Source of the DNA: Hydrolagus colliei
Taxonomy: Eukaryota
Direction of reading: 5' to 3'
Length of the DNA: 64,000 nucleotides
Assembly: GCA_035084275.1 (NCBI GenBank)
Contig: CM068769.1
Coordinates: 2,170,001 to 2,234,000 of the forward strand
In this document: one piece after another, positions 12,598 to 23,829 of the stretch
Numbering within the stretch: position 1 is the first letter of the stretch
How the letters are laid out: each line of letters begins with the position of its first letter
Notes under the pieces: model-generated
Databases searched by the model: none
The model's input: only the letters and a program-made list of their open reading frames with translations
Told to the model about the DNA's origin: nothing
Position numbers and translations under genes: made by a program

Positions 12598-13437
12598 GGG
12601 CTCAGTGCACAGTAATACACCGCCGAGTCTGTGACTCTCACTTCGGATATATTTAATGGTACGGTTCTCCCCACTTTATCCACTGTTGCTGAGAAATATC
12701 CTTTGGCAAAGTCTGCATATTGTGATCTGTTGCTGGTGGATGTGCTGAGGATATATTCTGGAGCTGAGTTGGGATAGTGACGGTACCAGAACAGATATAT
12801 TCCGGCGGCACTTGTAGCTATATAATTACACTGCAATATTGCATTCTTCCCTTCATTTGCTGTCACACTAGATTGGAGCTGTGTCACAGCGTCGCCTTGA
12901 CAATTTCCTAGACACAGTAAAAACAAATGCTAATAATCAGGTAAACAAGAATGATAATAAGCTCAACAATGTTGATATTACTAATCCTTACTTTTGCTAC
13001 AGCGCCTTAGCACGTATCTGCGACAGCACAAAGCGCATTACAGAATAATAATTCAGCACATTTTCTGGACAAAACGATAGAAGCAATTGCGAGTACCAGT
13101 ATCCACAGAGAACTATTTAATTGATTGATTTATATACGATTACATGTTTGGAATTAAATGCTTCAGAGACGCGATCAGTAAGTTTACTTACAGCAGGGTT
13201 AATAACTAAGAAAACTGGAACATGGACGTGTGTGTGCCGCAAGTAAACTTGCCTATAGATTCGCCCTCCTTACTCACTGAGTTACAGGACGCTACCGCTT
13301 GTCACGTTCTGTAGTTTTTTGGTTAATTCATGCAATAAGAAAAAATATGCATTGGATAATATGTGCAGGCATATATTGATATAGGTTTGCGGCTTACCTA
13401 CGAAGACAACGATGGCTGCTGCCAGGTAAGTATACAT
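12598..13437 (-). CDS. TRAV: TCR alpha/delta V segment V5 (family A), apparently functional
   Basis: Leader 13398-13437 (MYTYLAAAIVVFV). V exon 12598-12907 is open: GNCQGDAVTQ...LQCNY...YLFWYRHYPNSAPEYIL...DSAVYYCALS. Confidence 0.95.
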
Positions 13438-14561
13438 TGTGATATGTGTGTTTAGTGGCATGTTATGTTGAGGGAGCTTTGATGGTGGAGTTCCACAAAG
13501 TTGGCTGGGAGGAAGTTAGATGCGGTGTGGAAGGCTGAACAATATATGGCATTCAGAATTTACTGAGAAGATCTGAAGGCTGTTCACGAAACTTACGTCT
13601 CTGTCACGTTGCATCATTCACTCTGTTCTGCCATCTTGCTCCCCCATTGGTTCTCTTCGATCAGTATGGTAAAGATCAGAAACGGGTCATTGAGAGGGTT
13701 CAGAGCGAATGTGCAGGAGACACGTTACATCAACTGTTTCTCTGATGTTTCTGCCCTAGTTACTTGAAAGTTTCCTTCCAGCCCCATTTCCTCTCCAGGC
13801 TTCTCGGTTACAGTTGTTTGCGTACAAAACACAAGTATTTTGTAGCATAATTAATCGCCTAAACTTTGTTTGTTGCGCTGAATGACTTTGCGTATTTTAC
13901 TAACCAGTACGTAAGCATGTGAAGAACAAATCCCATGCTTGTAAGTGTATGATTCAAAATTTGAGTTGCAATAAATATTATTGTTTTTGATGTAGCATCT
14001 TATCGCATCTTCAAAACTTCTCTAATCTCTTCAGAAGAAGAACTGCCATGGGTAGCGATCCTGTATTTTCTCAATAAAATACACGGCAGCCAAATGTACA
14101 CAGCCTTGTCTAGCAAAATCTAATGGCGAGTCATCCATTTTGTTATTGGTGTATTGACCCATGAAAGACTATCGGCCAGTCGACTAGAAGCCGGTTTCCT
14201 ACATAATACTCTGCATTAGTGTAATAATAAGCCTTGCATTCTAAATTGTGCCTGACTCATTATTCACAGAGTTCTGCTGTGATGTGAATTGAACTGATAT
14301 GTTCGGATAATCTCAGCACGCGGTGTGTCACAAACAGTCGTGGATTGAAGTTAAAATTTGTATTTTTTAGAAGGAATTATGACCCTCAGGAAATCGATCC
14401 CTCGATCAACGGCGAAACAGATACCTACAAACTAATAAGATTAGCAGAGGCGTGTGGAATAAAGAAAATCGCACAAAATATTGGCCAGTCAAGAATCGAA
14501 GCACAGCTCTACTTGTTTGCGAGATGAATTATGTACACGAATAACTACTGGATCCTCATCC

Positions 14562-14600
14562 TGTTTTTGTACAGGCTCCTCTGAGACACTGCGCACTGTG
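14562..14600 (-). promoter_or_regulatory. 23-RSS of V6
   Basis: CACAGTG - 23 nt - ACAAAAACA. Confidence 0.95.
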
Positions 14601-15058
14601 CTTCTTGCACAGAAGTAAGTGGCGGTGTCTGTAACTCGCACGTCTTTGATTGATAGTATGCTGTTTTTCTCGTTTGTGTCAGCCAAGGCACTTATCCTCG
14701 GCCCTTCCTTTATCTCTCTGGTTCCCATCACCAAGTACTGGATGGAACCACTTTCAATCTGTTTGTACCAATGAAAGTATTCGACGTATCCGGTGGTTCT
14801 GCACTCCATAGATACATTTCCATTTGCATTCTCTTTCAGTGCCTGAGGATTCTGTGATACCTCACGTTCAGCCAAGACACCTAGGGAATAGAAACGAACA
14901 AGCTTTGAAAGAAATTCAAATGGTATCAGCAAAGTTAACTTCTACTTAATCAGCAGTGGAACGTAAAAGTACTTCTGTTCCAAACATATAACCCACTTAC
15001 ACAAAAATAACACGAATAAATTAAAAACAGCGTATGTCGCAGTGCAATTTTGCGTCAT
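14601..15058 (-). CDS. TRAV: TCR alpha/delta V segment V6 (family B), apparently functional
   Basis: Leader 15001-15058 (MTQNCTATYAVFNLFVLFL). V exon 14601-14880 is open: VLAEREVSQ...SMECRT...FHWYKQ...DTATYFCAR. Confidence 0.94.
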
Positions 15059-16679
15059 TCTCAACAGCCGTCAATGCACGACGAAGCGATTGTTCGAAAT
15101 GCAACAATTAATCAGCTACAAGCCACCTCCTCAACTATACATGTGTATACATTCGTCGAGTCGACAATGAGCCATGCTTCATTACGTTTTCTGTTTTCAT
15201 TGCTGGAGACATTTTGCAAATCCTCCTATCACTTTCCATTTTGCTCAGATTATCTCCACCTCCCCTTGCCTCCTTCCCTTGCCAACATCTCAGAACCTTC
15301 CGCTTCCAGTGGACCTGTGGTAACCAAACTTTTCTCCCAGCCCTACTTCCTCTCCAATCTTGACAACCAGCTTTTGCCCAAATATCAGAATGTCCAGCAA
15401 CTTGGAACTTCCTCATTTCGTTAAAGTCACGGCACAAATGTTGTTTTGTACAGGTAAAGTTGTTCATTTAAATCTACAACAAATTATTGTTTAACTGAAA
15501 TGTCGTCTTAAATTTTGATTTCGGATTTTGTCTTTGAACAAAAAACTTGTTTTTTGTTGTCTTTCACACCAGTTTCCCATAAACAGAAACGAAAAAGTTC
15601 AACTGAACAGTTTTATCTGTTTTATCGTCTCTTGTATCAAAGTGACATTGGTGTTTGCCATCTACCCGATGGACAGAAACCGCCTGTGTTTAAAGTCTCG
15701 CCGCGGGATGTCCCCCCTACGTGACAGGCGACCTATAAATGCAATAGTGTTGTTCTTTGATGATGTCGTACCATTCAAAAAGCATATTCAACTAACTAGT
15801 CTCGTTATTGCCAATCATTTGGCAATTTCATTTCCATGAAATTCTTTGAGTTCCAATTCCTGATTCGGTATTTCAACCCACAAACATCTGACTCAGAGGC
15901 AAAAGCAGTGTCAGTAGAGCACGGCTGACTACTCACTGAATGACACTCACCTTCAATTTAACTTAAACTTAACTCTATGGCCGCTGATTGGAACATCATT
16001 CAGTATTTAATAATTCACGCTTTGTGTACTTGTTACGTAAATACACATTCACCACACACCTTGACTTGAATGTTGGACACTAGTCTGCTTGACGGGCAAA
16101 TCGGGGACAGAGTATTGTAGTTTTTTTACAAAATATATCACAATTGCTTGCCTGCACTCAACAGCAGGATCCAAAAATGCAGTTTCCATTTCAGCGCCAT
16201 TGGCAGTTAGCCAATAGCTGATTGTTGAGAGGCCGAATACGAAGACTCTGGTGTCACTTGTTGGCAGTGGAGCAGTGAGGTGCAGTAGGTCACAAACATG
16301 TCAATAACTGAAGCATTATGTATTAGAGGTGTATTACAGGTTTGTATAAGAGTAAAGATTCCTGCAACATGGAGTGAAAGCATCTGTGTAGAAACACCTA
16401 GTTACAAAGAGTCAGTTATCGATAAAGATCATGACAATAGAAATACTTATATGTGATTTTATGCCTTATGATATCTTCTACGCATCTCGAAGCGCTTCAA
16501 AAGAGTATAATATACAGTGACTTTACCATATATCTTGAGGGTAAAATCTGGAAGACAATTGTGCACACCAGTATCCCGCAAATAATAATCGAACTAAAGT
16601 CCTATTTGTTCATATTTAGTATTTTTCAACAAATTGTGAACCCCAGAAAACCAAAGCAGCAATCCAATAACAACAGGTT

Positions 16680-17030
16680 TTCTATTTATTCTTAGTGGTA
16701 AACTAAGGGTCAGAGATTTAAGATTAGGGATCAGCCTTTTCGCACAGAGATAAGAAAGCACTTCTTCACTCACAAGGCAGTGAAGTTGCGGAATTCTCGA
16801 CCCCATAAAAGTTATAAATGCTGAGTACTTGAGCATATTCGAGTCTGAAATTGACAGTTGTTTTATGTATAAAGGGATTAAGCGATATGTTGATAAAGCG
16901 GGAGCAGTTGGAGTTAGATCAGGTCATTCAAGTCAAGCAGAAGATCAGGTATAAAACTTTACATGGCGAAGCTGGCTCCAGGGGCCGAATGGCCAACTCC
17001 TCCTCCTTATTCTTATGTTCTCGTATTTAA
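16680..17030 (+). mobile_element. CR1-clade LINE 3' fragment
   Basis: AGGGTCAGAGATTTAAGATT...GGGGCCGAATGGCC...TTCTTATGTTCT, matching the 3' end of the other CR1 copies. Confidence 0.7.
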
Positions 17031-17106
17031 ACCTGTATAAATGCTGCGTATTTCTTCTTAAAGCAATGATGCCTCCTCGTGGTTTAGCAGCAAAATAACC
17101 AGTTGA

Positions 17107-17145
17107 TGTTTTTGTACAGAGCCCACATAACACAGCAGCAGTGCG
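17107..17145 (-). promoter_or_regulatory. Defective 23-RSS of V7
   Basis: Nonamer ACAAAAACA and 23-nt spacer; heptamer CGCACTG lacks the essential CAC. Confidence 0.75.
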
Positions 17146-17449
17146 GGCTCCATGGCACAGCAATTCACAGCAATGTCCCTGATCAGGACTGTGCCAATAC
17201 TCAGTACGAAATCTTCACTCTACTTATTGACAGTGGAGGAAAATCGAGCTGGGAAGTCAGGGTTCCTGTGTACGTTAGTCGCTGTCCCCCGAAATGCATA
17301 CGCAGGAGTGTGGCTGGAAGCATGTATGTATCAGAAGAGAGCATACGCACCACTGATTTTCTTGAAGCTACAAGACAATTTCACCTCTTTTCACTCTAGA
17401 AGCGATATTTCAGGCATGGATTGTTTCCCCGTTTCCTGCAGGCTACTTC
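17146..17449 (-). pseudogene. TRAV: TCR V pseudogene V7
   Basis: Manual translation: GSSLQETGKQSMPEISLLE*KEVKLSCSFKK...ALF*YIH...DFPARFSSTVNK*SEDFVLSI...IAVNCCAME. Three in-frame stops, including Trp->TGA. Leader not located. Confidence 0.85.
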
Positions 17450-18094
17450 CTGTGATTGAAATCGACAAGGTTCTTGAGGAGCAAGTTTGTATTATATAGG
17501 GATCTTGCTGCTCGATCGTTAGAACACTAGGCACATAAGAGAGTAGTGCCAGATTCGATTCCTGGGCAGTGCAATGCCTCAGCTAAAATTCTTTACACCA
17601 CATGCCTCTGTGATCCTACTAGTAAATAGAAATCCAAATGTTAGTCAATTCGCGGATTGCTATTTTGGTGGAAACCATTCATAAATTGAAATCAACAAAA
17701 ATAATATAAATTTCGACACTGAATCCGTGAAGTTTTTTGGGCACTGATGAGCGAAATTGGCTGTCTCGTTGCACCCAGAGAATACATTGTCAATTCGCTT
17801 TGCAGTACATTGTGGAACGCGTTGAGCCGTCTCAAATTTGTGAAGAAGCACTTTGTGAATCCCAATTATCATAGATATGATTATTATTTTTGTTCTACTA
17901 AAGCTATTAAAGCAGATATGACGGAAAACAGTAAAGGTATAAGAAGGATACATACGAGAAAGTAAGGTGATAGTTACTGAGAGCACAGCACACTTCGCCC
18001 ACAGGAGAATTTTAATCCTGTGTCTGACTTTAACTCTCCAACATGTGGCTTTTTATATAGTGAATGAGGGTGAAATGTAGAGACATTCAGTCGC

Positions 18095-18320
18095 TGCCCC
18101 GCCCACAAGGAAACACGCCCACAATGACAGCGCTCCGCCCACACAGAGCATCGCCCAGTCAGAGACTCGCCCACACACAGCCCCGTCCAAACAGAGGCCC
18201 GCCCACACATAGACCCGTCCACACGGAGCCGTGCCCACACGGAGCCACGCCCACACATAGCCTCGCCCACAAGGTGCCCCGCCCACGCAGTCACTGCCAC
18301 TCACAGACAAAGTTCCTCCC
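18095..18320. repeat. Degenerate GC-rich minisatellite (CGCCCACAC core)
   Basis: Repeated gccc(c/g)cccacac / ccgtccacac units at irregular ~10-22 nt spacing. Confidence 0.75.
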
Positions 18321-18800
18321 ACAGAATTGAGCTGGACACCACCTCAACCATCCTCCTCCACCTCCTCCCAGATCTTATTCTGTGTTGGTGTGAAGCGTCT
18401 TGTTCATCTGCGTCTTGCACAGGGACACTCGTGATCACTCGATCAAGGAAACCTGGATTAGGGCTATAATTGTAGTTTCTCAGGAATATAGACGAGTTAA
18501 AGTTAATTTCATACAAAACTTTAAAATTGTTATTTGCCGCTAAATGCAGCAGCCAATTCCGCACATCAGCGTCCCACAAGTGGCTTGGATTGGAGTGAAA
18601 CAATTTCTTCAAAGGAATACTTATCCCCAGGAAAGCGATTCGGTCAATCAATCAAAAACCGTCTTTCTCCATATTTCAATGTAAATGGATGTGTGTGGAG
18701 CAAGGCGGTTTGCTGAGTGTTTCACCCTGCGTCGATTCCAGCTCAGGTTCTCTTGTTAGCAACGCAAATTCTTACCCATTGAGCTGCAACTACCTCAGCA

Positions 18801-18839
18801 TAATTTTGTACATGTCCATCGTAAACACACATCACTGTG
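18801..18839 (-). promoter_or_regulatory. 23-RSS of V8
   Basis: CACAGTG - 23 nt - degenerate nonamer ACAAAATTA. Confidence 0.85.
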
Positions 18840-19274
18840 CTCTCCGCACAGAAGTAAGTGGCGGAGTCAGACACTCGCACGCATCGGATCGATAACGTGC
18901 TTTTTTTTCCAACAGTCAATGCATTTATCCTCTCCTTCGGCTTCACCTCTCTTGATCCCAACACTAGTAATTGGATGGAGCCGTTTCCATAATGTTTGTA
19001 CCATTGAAAGATTGGGTTTGACACAGTGGTGCTGCACTCTATAGATACATTTCCATTTTCGTTCTCTGTCATGGTCAGTGGTCTCTGTGTCACTTCCTTG
19101 TCGGCCGACATACCTGGGGGAACAGACATGGGCATTCCAGCAAAGAAAATTGGGAAAAATCTGCAAGAAAAATTTAATTAATAGGAAAACGAGAATGTGT
19201 TTTTCCAAACTGGGGCGTTACTTACAGAAGAATAGAGTCATTATGTAAAGAATAATTGCATTACGGTGCAACAT
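18840..19274 (-). CDS. TRAV: TCR alpha/delta V segment V8 (family B), open reading frame
   Basis: Leader 19226-19274 (MLHRNAIILYIMTLFF). V exon 18840-19113 is open: MSADKEVTQ...SIECST...FQWYKHYG...IRCVRVSDSATYFCAE, with an extra Cys in FR3. Confidence 0.92.
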
Positions 19275-20928
19275 GGCTTCATTCTTAATTCCCGCTGATT
19301 CTAGTCAAAACTGTCAGGGAACTGCAACGGGATATCACCCAAAGGCTGAGAAGCGTTTATGTATGTTTGTCGAATGCTTTTAGCTTTGCAGGTTACAACT
19401 ATATTCTGGATGACGGTTTCACGGATATCTCACTTCCTGTATGTTAGCTTGTGCTACATGCATGCGTTAATTGACGATCATTAGGGTTCACACTTACAGC
19501 TGGTAAAACAGAGGCATGTTTGTGGATGACGAAAACACACCCATTGTTTCCCTGCTCGAAAGGTGACACACGTCTTCTTAAGAGGAAAGCGTTCCAACCA
19601 TTAACGTTAAGGACATCTCGTTGACTTGTTCCAAGCAAGCAGATCAATAGACTGGATGTCAATAAATAAGTGGACAAAGACAGTGGAGGAATCGTGAAGG
19701 TTCCAAGATTTGCGCTGATCTACCCTGCAAAAGTCCTGGCGATGAGCCAGTCTGGGCTCTTATCATCATCAGTGGGAATCACTGGGAAGAATTCTGACAA
19801 TGTGTTACTAACCTACAGATCAAGTCTGCTCACACATGTTCTTCTCTGCTAAATGAGGACAAGGGATTTTATTAAGAACATAGTGAGAAGTTAAACAGTG
19901 CATCGCCGCCATCTGATCGTTGTAAGGTGTTACTGCGGATTATAATCGTTAATTTGAACACATAAATGATCCCATTCGGCGCATTGATTGGGTGCCGGCT
20001 TTTTGAAAATAGCAACTCAATCCCATTCACCAGTTCTATCCCCATAATCGGGCAATGCCGTACTCCACAAATAAATGTATACCTGATATATCTTCATCAG
20101 AAATCAGACAAACGACTGTCGCAGGTGGTTTGGGAGTGTGAGGTGGGGGTTGGTTGGAAGCTTCGAATGATTCTGACAATGTTTTGCCAAGCTGCAGATC
20201 AGGTCTGGTCAAACTTTCTCTTCTCAGCTCAAGGAGAACAAGGGATTTCACTTGTGGGCAGTTACACAGGGCTTCGCCACCATCTGGCGGTAGTAATGCA
20301 TTACTGCAGGATTTTTGTTATCGTTAATTCAACACACAAAAACTGCACAATAGCATCAGGAGAGATGAAAAAAAAGGGAAATCGGTTCTCGGCTTTAAGT
20401 ATCTCCAAAATTTGATAGTATTAAACTGACGTGAGGCGCAAAGCAATAATAATTATCATTGCATTTCATATAACTGTTTCCACTTTCTCCACATATCCAG
20501 TGGGAACCTCACATAATTTACTGTAAAGTGCATTAGCCGTACATTTGTGGTGGAATCTGTCAGAGAATGGAGCAAAGCAGATTCCCACAAAGGTTCGTGG
20601 ATGGAAGTGACCAATTCATCAATTTTGTTATGATTAATACAAGTAATGTCCTGGGATTCAATTGGGACATGATTAATTATATAAACACGTGATAACAAAT
20701 GAAGATTTATTGGACTTTTACAATAGAACACTGAGAAAAACTGAAAACGTGATCCTACATAATCGGTGATGAAGAAACCCATACTGTTTGCGTTTTGTTC
20801 TTGAAACATGAATAATATCTGAATTGAATACACTTGGAGCTTTAATACCGCATTCAGCCACTGACCAGTTATTGTTTTATGAATACAAGGAGTGAATAGA
20901 GTGAAACACCTCCAACGAAATACGCAGA

Positions 20929-22563
20929 CGTAAATTCTGCGTATTTCGGCTTGTTCCTGGTTGATGTGCTCAGGGTATATTCTGAAGGGTATTTTAGATA
21001 CCAATACAAATATAGATTGTCGCTGATTGTAGCTGTATAATTACACGGCAGATACTAATTCTCCCCTTCATTCACTGTCACAGTCGCTGGGAGCTCTGTC
21101 GCCGAATATCCTCCACAATATCCTGGGAAACGCAAACACATCAGCGTTTAATACAGTAATAATGGAAACATACTTGTGTTTAATATAGCAATTTACAGAG
21201 TGATCGTGACATCTCCAAGCGTTTCACAGACTATTCGTTGCCGCAATTTTGTGGGTGAAATCGGCAGGGAGTTGAGTGAATCATTCCAACACAAACGGTT
21301 ATCGAATATTACTGATAATCGTTGCATTTGATATTGCGCTATTCACGTCTTGGAGACGTCTCAAGGCATTTCCCAGTGTATTCTTTGAAGTGATTTGACT
21401 ATATTTTCATCAGTATCTGCATTTTTCAATAGACAAAATCGTAATACTTGCTCTGGCAATCGACTAAAAAAATCGGTTACCTTCTCACTGCTCATTTAGC
21501 AGAAATATATGTGGGTCTGTGGAAAACGTACACTTGTAGTTTCGCCGTGTCCCACCGTGAATCGAACTCAAATCCTTCAGCATGCGAGGCGAGTGTTCTA
21601 ACCACTAGCTGTGGGATATCACCTATCCACAATTGGTATAGATTATTGGCTTATAGATTCATAGATTCGTAGAATTTTACGGCACAAAAGGAGGCCATTC
21701 GACCCATCTAGTCTGTGCCGGCTCTTTGAAAAGAGCGATTCAATCCAACTGCCCTGCCCGCTCCCCATAGCCTAATAGAACTGTTGTCCCTAAATAAAGA
21801 TCTAGTTCCTGTTTAAAAATTATTATAGAATCAGCCTCCACCACCTTTCCAGGCAATGCATTCCAGATTCGAACAACTCGCTGAGTGAAACAAATTCTCC
21901 TTAGATCCCCTCTACTTCGCCGTGAAACAATTTAAATCTGTGACCACGAGTCACAGATTCGCCCACGAGTGGAAATAGTTTTTCTCTATTTGCCCTGTCG
22001 AAACCCATCATGATCTTATAAACCGCTATTAGGTCTCCCCTCAATTTTCTCTGCTCCTCAGAGAATAACCCTAGCCTATCTTGCCTCTCCGCATAGCTGA
22101 CGTCCCTCAATCCTGGCACCATCCAGTAAATTTTCTTTGTACCCTTTCAAATGTCTTCACATCCTTTCTGTAGGCTGGTGACCAGAATTGAACACAGTAT
22201 TCCAGCTGAGGCCTCACCAAATTTTTATAGCGGTTAGTCAGCACTTCCTGACTTTTGTACTCTATACCCCTATTTATAAAGCCTAGTATCCCATATGCCT
22301 TCCTAACAGCCTTGTCTACCTATCCTGCCACCTTCAACGAGTCACGAACACAAATCCCCAGGACTCTCTGTTCCATCACATCATTTAAAATTGTACTATC
22401 TAGCCTATATTGCCTCCCTTCATTTCTTCTCCCAAAATAAATTCGATGCAATAAAACTTTGGCTTTGGAGAACATGTAAAGAAACTGCATCCACATGGAG
22501 TTGGTGTTTGGCTTACCTGAGAAGGTAATGATGGCAGCTGCCACAATATATGTACTTTATCAT
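20929..22563 (-). pseudogene. TRAV: 3'-truncated TCR V pseudogene V9 (family A, paralog of V1)
   Basis: V exon from 21122: GYCGGYSATELP...EGEN*YLPCNYT...LYWYLKYP...NKPKYAEFT, then lost (no FR3, no RSS). Leader 22517-22563 has ATG->AAG at the homologous start and a 1-nt insertion. A CR1 lies in the intron. Confidence 0.87.
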
Positions 22564-23510
22564 CTACGTTAGTGGCGCCTTGTGTTCAGAGAGCGCTGGT
22601 CGTTTAGTGGGAGAAAGTTAACTGGGAAGATATAAGATACCGTGAGGAGGGATGAACAGGCAATGGTATAAACAGGTTGCCATAAACTGTGGGTGAGCCG
22701 GACTGAGTTTTAGGTACAACCTTTTTGTCCCTGTCACTGGGCGTCATCTTCTCTGCTCTGCCATTTCGCTCTTCCATTTTTACTCGTCCAACATTGACAT
22801 GCCTTTGGTCAACTGCATGACAGACACCTGCAGCAATATACACCGACAGATACATTCTATGTCGTCCAAAAACATACCTGAGTTCCACACATGTGTACCA
22901 TCTGTGGACTCATGTACATTGGTGGTATCAGCACTCGCCTTACACGCAATTTGCCTGCTTTTGAAGCCTGTCAGGTCGACACGATTGCCAAGTTTACTTA
23001 CTCCACACACTGTCCTAGGTTTACCGAGAGTAAGTAGGATTACGGTTGATAATCGGTTAAAGAGCAACTTTCCTGGGAAACAATCTCTCCTAACTTAAGA
23101 AACCAGAACCGCGTCTATTTATAGGACAGCGCTGTGCACAAATAGATGCCTCGTTTCGACAGCAAAACGCGCAGAATCTATGCTTTATAGTGTACACTGT
23201 GAATCTATATCAGTGTACGTATGTATTACTAAACAGGTAAGACGAAATACTCAGAGGAAACCCCACACTGTGTGTGTATAGGGTTAGATAATTCCTTTAT
23301 GTGTGTTGATTCCGTATACTTCATAACTTCGCATCAACCTACAATCGTGACTTCCTATCCCACCTTTCTCCTGACCAACCTGCCCGCCCCCTTCGTGCGT
23401 CTGGCTCTGACCTGCTCATCGTCCCCCTACCCACCGTCCCAACCAATGGCGGGGGAGCCTTTAACCACTCTGCCCCCAACCTCTGGAAATCCATCACGAC
23501 TTCATTCCGT
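21170..23510 (+). repeat. Left arm of a ~2.3 kb inverted duplication
   Basis: Reverse-complement match to 23830-26170. ORF 22799-23098(+) mirrors 24241-24627(-), ORF 23272-23532(+) mirrors 23810-24067(-), and 23040-23098 is essentially identical to rc 24241-24299. Confidence 0.93.
21655..22440 (-). mobile_element. CR1-clade LINE 3' fragment in the V9 intron
   Basis: ORF 21901-22122 (MVPGLRDVSY..RLGLFS..RGDLI); octamer tail at ~21655-21670. Confidence 0.9.
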
Positions 23511-23626
23511 CACCGTTTATACTGATAAGTGAATTGACTGTATGCGCTACTGTATAAATGTGGGAACCCACTTCCTCTGTGTGGCAACCCTAGTGCTCTA
23601 CCCATTGAGCTGCGGTAACCGCAGCA

Positions 23627-23665
23627 TGTTTTTGTACAGATCCTTCGTAAACACACATCACTGTT
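23627..23665 (-). promoter_or_regulatory. Orphan 23-RSS with no V exon, in the spacer of the inverted duplication
   Basis: Nonamer ACAAAAACA and a 23-nt spacer nearly identical to the V10 RSS; heptamer AACAGTG, with unrelated sequence starting at its coding-side edge. Confidence 0.88.
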
Positions 23666-23829
23666 CCGTCAGGGATATGACAGAGTAAATACAAATACCT
23701 GGTCCCATTGTCTCCACTGGAAATTGATATCTTAGTCCCTTTACTTCCTTTTTCCTCGTATTGTCTGTGCTTTAATGCGACACTCGAATTCATTCTCATT
23801 CACAGTCTCTTACTGTGTCATATCCCTGA

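Noticed and set aside
18095-18320. Possible CRISPR-like array
   Set aside because: Eukaryotic context, degenerate units and no unique spacers; it is a minisatellite.
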